DNA from: an uncultured Planctomycetaceae bacterium
GTDB taxonomy: Bacteria > Planctomycetota > Planctomycetia > Pirellulales > PALSA-1355
Assembly: GCA_963785305.1 (NCBI GenBank)
Contig: CAWAUV010000009.1
Span: 448,001 to 512,000, forward strand
Direction of reading: 5' to 3'
Length of the DNA stretch: 64,000 nucleotides
The first letter of the stretch is position 1, and each line of letters opens with the position of its first letter. Shown here piece after piece: positions 55,405 through 64,000 of the stretch. The translations under genes and the position numbers were made by a program. The notes beneath the pieces are model-generated. The model searched no databases and was not told the DNA's origin. It saw nothing but the letters and a program-made list of their open reading frames with translations.

Positions 55405-56487
55405 CTATCGCTGCACTCGGGCCGTGCCGCCTTTGGCCAGGGCCTCGACCTCGGACAAGCGCGCGATGCTCACATCGCCGGGGAAGGTGGTCAGTAGCGC
55501 GCCATGCGCCCAGCCCAGCCGCAAGGCTTCCTCGGGCGAGCGACCCGAAATGAGCCCATGGATCAGGCCCGAGGCGAAGCCATCGCCGCCGCCGATGCGG
55601 TCGATCACGTCGAGCTGCATGGTGGGGCTCACATAGCGCTTGCCGTCGAGCCAGAGCACCGCGGCCCAGTCGTGGCGGTTGGTCGAATGCACTTCGCGCA
55701 GCGTGGTGGCGACCAGCTTGATATTGGGCAGTTGCTTGACGACGCCTTCGATCATGTTGAAGAACGAATGCGGATCGAGCTTGCTCGAGGCATGCACGTC
55801 TTGGCCGGCGATGCCCAGCCCCTTTTGCAGGTCTTCTTCGTTGCCGATCAGCGCGTCGACATTGCCGACGATGCTTCGGAGCGTGGAGACCGCTTTTTGT
55901 TCGCCGCCGACACTGGCCCAGAGCTTGGCCCGGTAATTCAGGTCAAACGATGTGACGGCGCCCGACTGCTTCATCGCCTTCATGCCTTCGATGATCAGAT
56001 CGGCGGTGCCGGCGCCCAGTGCGGCGAAGATTCCGCCGGAGTGAAACCAACGAACGCCCTGCTTGGCGATCGCGGCCCAATCGAAATCGCCCGGCTTGAG
56101 CATCGCGCCGGCTTCATTGGCCCGATTGTAAAACACGACCGGCGCCCGCACACCTTGGCCGCGGTCGCTATACACGGCGGCGATATTCGGTCCGCGCACT
56201 CCGTCGTGCTCGAACCATTTGTAAAAAGGTCGCACACCCATTTCGCGCACCCGGCCTTCGACCAATTCGCCGATCGGATACTTGACCATCGCCGTGGCCA
56301 CTCCGGTCTTCAGGCCGAAGCAATCGGAGAGATTGGCGGCGCAGTTGTATTCTCCGCCGGATACATGGATTTCGACCTCGCGGGCCTTGCGAAACGGAAT
56401 GATTCCCGGATCGAGCCGATGCACCAGCGCGCCCAGCGACAGAAAATCCAACGCACAATCGTCCGAACGCACGGTAATGCCGCTCAC
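55405..56487 (-). CDS. kdgK: PfkB-family sugar kinase, 2-keto-3-deoxygluconate kinase-like
   Basis: SFDLNYR, GNEED, DRIGGGDGFASG. Confidence 0.8.
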   Translation of the reverse strand: MSGITVRSDDCALDFLSLGALVHRLDPGIIPFRKAREVEIHVSGGEYNCAANLSDCFGLKTGVATAMVKYPIGELVEGRVREMGVRPFYKWFEHDGVRGPNIAAVYSDRGQGVRAPVVFYNRANEAGAMLKPGDFDWAAIAKQGVRWFHSGGIFAALGAGTADLIIEGMKAMKQSGAVTSFDLNYRAKLWASVGGEQKAVSTLRSIVGNVDALIGNEEDLQKGLGIAGQDVHASSKLDPHSFFNMIEGVVKQLPNIKLVATTLREVHSTNRHDWAAVLWLDGKRYVSPTMQLDVIDRIGGGDGFASGLIHGLISGRSPEEALRLGWAHGALLTTFPGDVSIARLSEVEALAKGGTARVQR

Positions 56488-56670
56488 GGAAATCTCCCTT
56501 CACCGACCTTGAATATTGCAAAAGCGCTATACGAACCCACGAAACACGATTCTGGGGAAAGCTTCGCCCGCCATCGCCACCGGGCCAAGCCGCGGAGCAA
56601 ACCGCCGACGCCCGCTCGCGATCGACCCACGGGGACGCGCGACCCGGCGCGTCCCGTGGTGAACAGTCCA

Positions 56671-57481
56671 TCAAATGGTCACCGCCGAAAAACCGCCATC
56701 GACGACGATGTTTTGCCCGGTGACAAACGACGACGCCCGTCGCGCGGCCAGCCACACCACGGCGCCGGCCAACTCGGCCGCTTGGCCGAACCGCCGCATG
56801 GGCGTGTGGCCGATGATCTGGGCGCCGCGATCAGTATAGCCGCCATCGTCTTTGAACAAGAGGGCGCGATTCTGCTCGGCCGGAAAAAAACCGGGACTGA
56901 TCGCATTGACCCGCACTCCCGCGGTGGCCCATTCCCGGGCGAGAAACATGGTCAGGTTCAGCACCGCGGCCTTGGCGGCGCTGTAGCCCACGACGCGCGA
57001 GAGCGGAATCATGCCCGACATCGAGGCGATATTGATAATGCTGCCCTGGCCGGCCGCCACCATGTCGCGTCCAAACACCTGACTCGGCACAAGCGCAGCC
57101 GCCAATCAAGTTCAGGTCAAACACTTCGCGCCAAGCGTCGAGCGGCAACTGGCAGAAGTCGGCGCCCGGCGGGAGCGTGGCCCCCGGCTTGTTGCCGCCG
57201 GCGGCGTTGACGAGCACGGTGGCCGGCGACCAGTCGCGGGCGATCGCGTCGCGCGCCGCTTCCAAGCTTCCGGCGGCGAGCGCATCGGCCGCGACGAACA
57301 TCGCCTTTCCGCCAGCCGCTTCGATGGCGCCCACGCGTTCGAGCCCGCGCGCTTCGCTTCGCCCGACGATCGCCACCCGCGCCCCGGCGGTTGCGAGCGC
57401 CTCGGCGATCGCGCCGCCCAAAACACCGGTTCCGCCAATGACCACGGCGATTTCGTCGGAAAGATCAAACAGGTTTTTCAT
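56671..57481 (-). CDS. SDR oxidoreductase (D-mannonate oxidoreductase-like); frameshift near 57095
   Basis: [30 protein letters not shown]. Confidence 0.85.
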
Positions 57482-57568
57482 GGTGGGTACGGTTTCTCGG
57501 GGAGCGAATTATCTCGGAATGCGAATCGTCGAACATGCGCGTGCGCGGACGCCGCCCCGCGGCGCGGA

Positions 57569-58258
57569 TTACTCCGCTCGCTCCAGGGGCGGAGCGAGGC
57601 CAAGCGCGTGATAGATGCGGGCATCGGCAAGCGAATCGGCCACGAGCTTGGCGCCGGTGAAATCATGGGTGCGTGAATGCCCGCCCGGCACGGCCACGGC
57701 GAAAGCGCCCGCGGCCACCGCGGCGCGGCAACCATTTTGGCTGTCTTCGAGCACCATCATCGCCGCGGGCGACACTCCGAATCGCTCCGCGGCGGTGAGA
57801 TAAATCTCGGGATGCGGCTTGCCATCGCGAACATCTTCGGCCGTGAGAATGAATTGGAACCGCGGTTCGAGATCGAACCGGCCGAGCACATTTCGCACGA
57901 AGCGAATCCCGCTGCTGGTGCCGATCGCCTTGGGCACTCCGGCGGCTTCCAGCGCGCCGAGCAGCCGGGCGGCGCCGGGCATGAGCGCCAGCCGATGTTC
58001 GAGGATCGTGGCGAAGATTTCCTCGGTCTCGAGCGAGAGCTGCTCGAAGGTGGCGTCGAGCCGATGATGGTCGATCATCAGTTGCAGGGCGACGCGCGGC
58101 GGTCGGCCCATCATCGCGTTGAGCAGTTCGGCGTCAAACACCTTTCCGCGGCGCCCGAGCAGCTCGCCGCCGACATCTTGATACAGTTCCTCCGTATTGA
58201 ACAGCAAGCCATCGAGATCGAACACGACGGCTCGCGGCGACGCGGACTCGGAAGTCAT
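57569..58258 (-). CDS. HAD-superfamily phosphatase
   Basis: FDLDGLL, KPHPEIY, LEDSQNG. Confidence 0.9.
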   Translation of the reverse strand: MTSESASPRAVVFDLDGLLFNTEELYQDVGGELLGRRGKVFDAELLNAMMGRPPRVALQLMIDHHRLDATFEQLSLETEEIFATILEHRLALMPGAARLLGALEAAGVPKAIGTSSGIRFVRNVLGRFDLEPRFQFILTAEDVRDGKPHPEIYLTAAERFGVSPAAMMVLEDSQNGCRAAVAAGAFAVAVPGGHSRTHDFTGAKLVADSLADARIYHALGLAPPLERAE

Positions 58259-58592
58259 GACGAACCGGCGAACCCAGGAAGTAAAAAGCGACGGCGCCCG
58301 ATGTGCCGCCGAGAGCCCGCGACGCAGTGCCCCAGGGAAAAGGACGGATTATAGGCGTCGCCCCGCCGCGAAGCAAACCGGCGACGCGCAAGCGCCCGGA
58401 TTGTGCCCGATTGGGCGGCCAGCGCGGCGTTTTTCCGATCGGATGGCGACTTCGCGCGGCGCGGCCGCGTGTGCTATTCTGTGGGGCGACGCTTCAATGC
58501 TCCGTTTGCAAGCGGGCCGCCGAAGCGCAACGCGCCTCGAGTTCACTGCCATCGCTACGTCGAGTTCACTGCGGTCGAGTTCACCACCACGG

Positions 58593-58666
58593 GGGCGATT
58601 AGCTCAGTTGGTTAGAGCGACGCCCTTACAAGGCGTAAGTCGGGGGTTCGAGTCCCTCATCGCCCA
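58593..58666 (+). tRNA. tRNA-Val(TAC)
   Basis: GGGCGAT/ATCGCCC acceptor stem; ACGCC CT TAC AA GGCGT; GGTTCGAGTCC. Confidence 0.95.
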
Positions 58667-58781
58667 GTTTTCCTGTTTGCCGGGTTCCACTATTGATTGA
58701 CTTATGTCGCCCCGGTCGGACCCGCCAGCGCTGCTTCGACATCGCCTAGCTGATAAGAAACCGCCGCTCGGCCCAAGATGT

Positions 58782-59543
58782 TCAGCCGCCACAAGGATTT
58801 TCGACGCCTTCCGGAATCGGCGCGAAATCCTCCCCGCCGCACGGTCGAAAACCAACCGGCCAGCAAGCCTGCATGCGACATAGCACGCGATTTTGCAGCG
58901 GGGCATCGCTATTCACGCGGTCAACAAACACTTCGATGAAATTCACGTCGCAACCTTGCACGAGTTGCCAAACGTCGTGCGCCCACTAGCGCGGAACGTA
59001 ACCAATCTGCATCCGTTCCGTTTCGGTTCGCACCGCGACGGCTTGGGGGTCATGCTCGTTTTGCAGGTCCAGCATGAGCTTGAGGCTTTCCCCCTCGCCC
59101 AGTTCCCCAATTCGCTGAATGGCCGCATCCGGCAACCAGCGAACGCCATGCAGAAAGAACTTGTTGGAGTAACATCCATTGGCATCGGGCGCGGGGCACG
59201 GGAACACTTCAACGGCGTCGGTCTGGCGAATGCCTTCGGTGACTCCCAAGACCAGAATCGGGTCGGGCGGATTTTCCGCATCGAAACCGCTCCAGCGCAT
59301 GAAGGCTTCGTACTCCGGTCGATTCTGGGAAAGGAGCCGATTGGCAAATAACGGAAACAACTCCGCCGATTCGTAAACCTTGTCAAGATGCTCCATTCCA
59401 GCGAATGGCCGAAATCCCGGCCGATGTGCGCCCTGCGTGTACCAAAACCGATACAAATCGCCATCATGCTCCAGTCGGCCGATCGGTCGCCAGCCGGCGC
59501 CGTCGGGCGTTGCCGGTCGCCAAGCCACAAACAAGGAATTCAT
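58782..59543 (-). pseudogene. HipS-like N-terminal domain plus HIRAN domain protein with an in-frame TAG at 58986-58988
   Basis: ELFPLFANRLL...RPEY; FFLHG, NEHDPQAVAV, IGYVPR*; the frame continues WAHDVWQL...APLQNRVLC to TGA at 58782. Confidence 0.75.
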
Positions 59544-59835
59544 GCGGTCGCCTTGTTCCAAACGCCGCTGTTGGTTGATGCGTAAAAGCTCCGCCGCGAA
59601 TCGCTTGCATGTCGCCGACATGCGCTCGCTGGGCACTCTATTCAGGATAGCCCAAATTTGCTTTTCGTTCACGTCATTCAAACGACCGAGCCAGGCAGCG
59701 GCGGCGGTCTGAGCTCGTTGGGCGAAGGCTCGAAATGCTGCGCGTAGCTCCATCGGGCGGGTATCGGCCGCTGAAGCATAAAACGCGCTCCGGCCGCGCA
59801 CAAATGCCGACAAGGTTCGGTTTCGATCCTTAGTG
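59544..59835 (-). pseudogene. C-terminal remnant of a probable HipA-like kinase
   Basis: KDRNRTLSAFVRGRSAFY...WLGRL...VPSERMS...FAAELLRINQQRRL directly upstream of the HIRAN gene; the kinase core is absent. Confidence 0.5.
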
Positions 59836-60054
59836 TTTCCACCCGAATTGGCTTGCTTTGTCGCCGATTTTTTGGCACATCACTCCGCTGCGAGCCCCTT
59901 GAACGTCGCTTTGAAATCCTCTGCGGTAAGCGCCGTATCGAACAGCCCCACATCGAGTCCCTTGTGCTTGCTAACGCCCATATATCGCAAACTCGCGTCC
60001 TCATATCGGCGGAACTTCCACACTGCGTCGTTCATCGGCGCTGTTGAACACGCC

Positions 60055-61357
60055 TAGTAGTCTGTCCAGTTGGAGTTTACTAGTTCAGTGATTTTGGCTT
60101 ATTCTCCGGCGGTCAAGGGATTGACCGCACTCGTTGGAGGATGGAGCCATGCAAAAGACTTTTGTGGTTCGATTGTCGCCGGAGGAACGGGATCGCTTGC
60201 TGTCTTTGGTGAAGGCCGGAAAGGCATCGGCGTTGAAGCAGGTTCGGGCACGGATTTTGTTGAAGGCCGACCAGCAGGATCGCGGCGCCGCCTGGACGGA
60301 TGCCGAAATCGCCGAGGCGCTGGAAGTCTCGTTGAAGACGGTCTTCAACATTCGCCGAAAGTGGGTCGAACACGGACTCGAGGCGGCCCTCGAGCGCAAG
60401 CCACAAGACGCTCCGTCAACGCCTCGCAAGCTCGACGGGAAAGCCGAGGCGAAGCTCGTGGCGACGTGTTGTGGACCGCCGCCGAAGGGACGCGCCAAGT
60501 GGACCCTGCGGTTGTTGGCGGCCAAGCTGGTGGAGTTGGAGGCCGTGGATTCGATCAGTCCTGAAACCGTGCGCAGGCGCGTAAAAAAAACGAGGTCAAG
60601 CCTTGGTTGAAACAACACTGGCGCCTGCCGAAGGAACACGATGCGGAGTTTGTGTGGCGGATGGAAGACGTCCTCGATGTCTATCAACGGCCGTTTGACC
60701 CGCGATTTCCGGTGCTGTGCATGGACGAAGCTTCCAAGCAATTGATCGGAGAGGTCCGTCGGCCGCTGCCGATGGTTCCTGGCCAGCCGCTGCGCATCGA
60801 CAGTGAATACGAGCGATTGGGAACCTGCAATCTCTTCATGTTCCGCGAACCACTGCGAGGCTGGCGTCTGGTCCGCGTCACGGAGCGGCGGACGAGGGTC
60901 GACTGGGCCTATGCCCTGCAGGACGTGCTGCGGGAACATTACTCCCAAGCCGAGAAGGTCGTCCTGGTAATGGATAATCTCAATACGCATTCGCCCTCGT
61001 CGTTCTACGAAGCCTTCGAGCCGGCCCAAGCCCGAGCGTTGACCGAGCGGCTGGATATCCACTACACACCCAAGCATGGCAGTTGGCTCAACATCGCCGA
61101 GTGTGATCTCAGCGTGCTGAGCCGACAGTGCCTGGACCGCCGGATCAGCGATGCCGGAGAATTGGGCGCCGAAGTGAATGCCTGGCAAGCCGAACGAAAC
61201 CGGACCGCCAACCAGATCCATTGGCAGTTCACAACCGCCGACGCACGCCGAAAACTGCGACGCCTGTACCCGGCCTTTCTGCGTCAAGACGAGCATCAGA
61301 AATCACCTCCGGCGACCAAGGTTTTCAACTAGTAAACTCCAACTGGACAGACCACTA
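60055..61357 (+). mobile_element. IS630-family insertion sequence
   Basis: About 30-bp terminal IR (tagt(a/g)gtctgtccagttggagtttactagtt, one mismatch); CTAG/TA at both ends. Confidence 0.93.
60149..61332 (+). CDS. IS630 transposase in two frames joined by a -1 shift at A8C (60583-60591)
   Basis: HTH ORF (RARILLKAD, WTLRLLA) plus DDE ORF (CMDE, VMDNLNTH, SWLNIAE). Confidence 0.92.
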
Positions 61358-61499
61358 GACTGCACAGAAGAGACGAGCAGGGTAACTCAACAAGTCGGAC
61401 CAACAATCGCAATAAACCCCGAAATATTTGGCGGTTTTCGCACTGAGGGCGGCCAATCGGCATCGGTTTGCAGCGTGCCCGCGGGCGGACAGCAAAAAG

Positions 61500-61573
61500 T
61501 ATCCTCGAGTGGGCTCGAACCACTAACCTTCGGCTTCGGAGGCCGACGCTCTATCCAATTGAGCTACGAGGAC
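61500..61573 (-). tRNA. tRNA-Arg(CCG)
   Basis: GTCCTCGTAGCTCAATTGGATAGAGCG TCGGC CT CCG AA GCCGA AGGTTAGTGGTTCGAGCCCACTCGAGGATA. Confidence 0.95.
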
Positions 61574-62059
61574 AAATCCAAACCGAACTCGTGGCAACCT
61601 CCACGAATGCGATGATCTCGCGAGATCGGAAGCGATGCGACCATCTTAACGCATTTTGCCTCGGGAAAAAGGGGGGGCGCGTGATCGTGTGGGCGGGATC
61701 GTTTATCAATCGCGCTTCCTCGCGAACGTCGTGCTGGATCGCGCTCGCCAGCGCGGTCGGGCTCCGACGCCGGCGCCACGCCAGAAGGAACAAGCGGCGC
61801 ATCTCCATTCGTTCCATAATGGACCGAGCGACTGAACTTCGGCGTGCTTCGCTTGGTCAAGGGATCATGCTTTCCCATAAACCGTAACCGCTCTGCAAAT
61901 ATTTGTGCTAGCAATCGCGGCTTCCGCGTTGATTGCCAATAGCAAAGCGGGAGCGGCATTTGCTCCGCGCCGGCTCGCTTCACGAACTCAACCGATGTTC
62001 ACCTGCGTCATGATAATCCCGTCGTTGAGGCCGCAACGGCTCTTGCTCGGGGCGCTCAT

Positions 62060-62839
62060 TCAAAACGGAAACTCGGCGTCGAGCTTTGCCGCGGAGAGTT
62101 CCACCAAGAAGGGCGCGAGCCTTTCCACCAGGGCCTTCATCAACCGGTCGCCTTTCTCGGCTGTCGCCGCGCACGGGTTGCCCGCGCCGCTGTTGGTCGT
62201 CAGCAGATGCCACGGTCGCGTGATCGACACCCAACCGCGATTCACCGCCTCGAAACGCGTCGGGCGCTTCGCGCCGTCGTCGGCCGAGAGGGCGCCGTCG
62301 GGTCGCCGGGCCACGAGCTCCGGAAAAAACGCGAGGCCAAACGAGGTCTCCATTTCGCCCGCATGATCGTCGCGCTCCGCGAACAGTTCGCGATCGATAT
62401 CGGCAAGCACTTGATACCAATTGCAAAGAAACAGCTTTGCCCCGTCGCGACCATACAATTCGCGAAGCACCGGCTTGAGATCGTTGCCGCCGTGGCTGTT
62501 GAGCAGCACGATTTTGTGGATGCCGTGATGGGTGAGCGAATCGACCAGATCGCGAACCACGGCCAAGAGCGTCGAGGGGTTGAGATTCATCGCCAGTGGA
62601 AACGCCATTTGATTCGTCTCCGTGCCGTAGGGAATCGTCGGCAAGAGAATCACCTTGGCCCCGTGCTCGTGGGCCGCGGCACAAATGTGTTCGCCGACCG
62701 TTTCGGCTTCGAAGCAATCCGTGCCGTAGGGCAAGTGCAGGTTGTGCGGCTCGGTGGCGCCCAAGGGCAGCACGGCCACCTCGAAGCGAGTGCCCTTCAC
62801 GAGACCGTAATTCGTTTCCGCGAGTTTCCAGGGGCGCAT
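62060..62839 (-). CDS. Creatininase-family amidohydrolase
   Basis: LPLGATEPHNLHLPYGTD, NSHGGN, HAGEMETS. Confidence 0.9.
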   Translation of the reverse strand: MRPWKLAETNYGLVKGTRFEVAVLPLGATEPHNLHLPYGTDCFEAETVGEHICAAAHEHGAKVILLPTIPYGTETNQMAFPLAMNLNPSTLLAVVRDLVDSLTHHGIHKIVLLNSHGGNDLKPVLRELYGRDGAKLFLCNWYQVLADIDRELFAERDDHAGEMETSFGLAFFPELVARRPDGALSADDGAKRPTRFEAVNRGWVSITRPWHLLTTNSGAGNPCAATAEKGDRLMKALVERLAPFLVELSAAKLDAEFPF

Positions 62840-63176
62840 GGCGAGCATCGCTTTCCAAAACAAAGAATTGGCAAATCGGGCAAGATCAACGATTTCCACG
62901 GTTCATCTCGGACCCGGCATCGGCCGCCGTCGCATTCCCGGCGCGGCCGTGTCCCCAAAGTCTCCCTGTTTTCCCGCTCAAATGCCAACGAAAAAGCTAG
63001 GCGCCTCGCGGCGCGTCGGCGGGACGCCGCGCGACCTCGGGCCAGTTCGCGCGCCATTTTCCTCGCCCGGGCGGAATTCGCGAGGGCGATTTTGCGTCTA
63101 TAATGAAACGGTCTCCGCCGTTCAGCCAGGCGACGACCAGGTCGGTTCTCTCGCGCAACCCCTAATAACACGCGCC

Positions 63177-64000
63177 ATGCGAAAAACATCGCGACCGGAA
63201 ATCGTCTCCCGTTCGGCGGGGCGGTTCGTCGAATACGAGCAGTTCATCGACGAGCAGCTCGAAAAGACGAGCGGTCAGGTGCGCGGCGTCGACGCGGTCG
63301 GCGCCCTGCTCACGCTGCTGGCTGGCGTGATCGCTTTTTTCATCGTGGCGGCGCTCGCCGATCATTGGCTAATTCCCGGCGGGCTCGGTTTTTGGGGACG
63401 CCTCGCCGCTTGCACGCTCCTGGTCGGCGGTATGGCCGCCTACATCGTGCGCGAGATTTGGCCGCTGCTCGTCCACCGCATCAATCCGGTCTACGCCGCC
63501 CAGACGATCGAGCGAGGCGCCCCTTCGCTCAAAAATGGGCTCGTCAATTTTCTGTTGCTCAAGAATCATCGGGCCGCCATCTCCGAGCCGGTCTTTCAGG
63601 CGATCGAGGCCCAGGCCGCCGAGGGACTCGTGGCCACGCCGGTCGAGTCCTCGGTCGATCGCTCGCGGCTCATCAAGATCGGCTCGCTGCTCGCGGCGCT
63701 CCTGCTCGTCGGCGGGCTCTATAAAATCGTCTCGCCGAAAGATCCGTTCCGCACCATCGGCCGAGTCGTGGCGCCGTGGGCCGATATTCTACCGCCCACG
63801 CGGGTGATGATTCTCGGCGTCGACCCCGGCTCGATCAAGGCGTTTCGCGGCGATCAGGTTGGTGTCGTGGCACAAGTGCGCGGCATGCCTCGCGATGGCC
63901 AAGCCCGGCTTATCTATAGCACCGCCGATGCGCAGGCGGTCAATCAAACCATCGAGCTGGTTCCATCGCCCGAGGGACTGAGCTATTCCTGCAAGCTGCC
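63177..64000 (+). CDS. N-terminus of a large membrane-anchored hypothetical protein, runs off the window edge
   Basis: Manual translation MRKTSRPEIV...FIDEQLEKT...DHWLIPGGLG...RINPVYAAQTIE...SLKNGLVNFL with TM segments. Confidence 0.7.
   Translation, partial: MRKTSRPEIVSRSAGRFVEYEQFIDEQLEKTSGQVRGVDAVGALLTLLAGVIAFFIVAALADHWLIPGGLGFWGRLAACTLLVGGMAAYIVREIWPLLVHRINPVYAAQTIERGAPSLKNGLVNFLLLKNHRAAISEPVFQAIEAQAAEGLVATPVESSVDRSRLIKIGSLLAALLLVGGLYKIVSPKDPFRTIGRVVAPWADILPPTRVMILGVDPGSIKAFRGDQVGVVAQVRGMPRDGQARLIYSTADAQAVNQTIELVPSPEGLSYSCKL

Noticed and set aside
1014..57481. Mass pseudogenisation or programmed frameshifting in backbone genes (pnp, pyrK, carboxylase, ABC ATPase, kinases, SDR)
   Set aside because: Single-base indels are scattered through otherwise well-conserved housekeeping genes with no other decay. 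Uncorrected sequencing or assembly error is the simpler explanation. The same caveat applies to frameshifts inside the islands.
5976..60406. Long antisense or alternative-frame ORFs (e.g. 5976..7310, 8090..9745, 20909..22519, 32700..34433, 42376..43623, 55504..57210, 60085..61296)
   Set aside because: These are shadow ORFs of real genes, expected from high-GC codon bias, and show no recognisable motifs.

Overview
High-GC bacterial chromosome segment, most likely a planctomycete (DUF1559 prepilin-type protein, Rieske + cytochrome b/c fusion, typical REP-like palindromes). The backbone carries tRNA-Pro, tRNA-Val, tRNA-Arg, rpsT, rpsO-pnp, pyrK, a Dus-family gene, an RpoD-like sigma factor, a large poly-HAMP hybrid kinase, an ABC transporter, and lipid and sugar-acid enzymes. 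Many backbone genes have single-base frameshifts that look like uncorrected assembly errors. There are two accessory regions. (1) About 40.7-50.55 kb: a 5'-truncated DarG-like gene, two near-identical group II introns in divergent orientation, three remnants of a Y1/RAYT-like HUH transposase, a truncated Hint-toxin/immunity pair, AT-richer passenger genes and an ISL3. Main observation: removing both introns in silico rebuilds the same 16-nt motif, GGGT(C/G)AGG^ACTCATTG. A third, unoccupied copy lies at 47782-47797, and the motif forms the inverted ends of the Y1-transposase remnant. The intron's putative EBS1 loop (GUCCUGAC) is complementary to it. Passenger genes are cut at these ends, which suggests a Y1-end-delimited cassette hotspot with its own end-targeting intron. 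(2) About 58.7-61.5 kb, between convergent tRNAs: a decayed HipA-like kinase / HipS-HIRAN module and an IS630. All family assignments come from motif recognition by eye; no searches were run.
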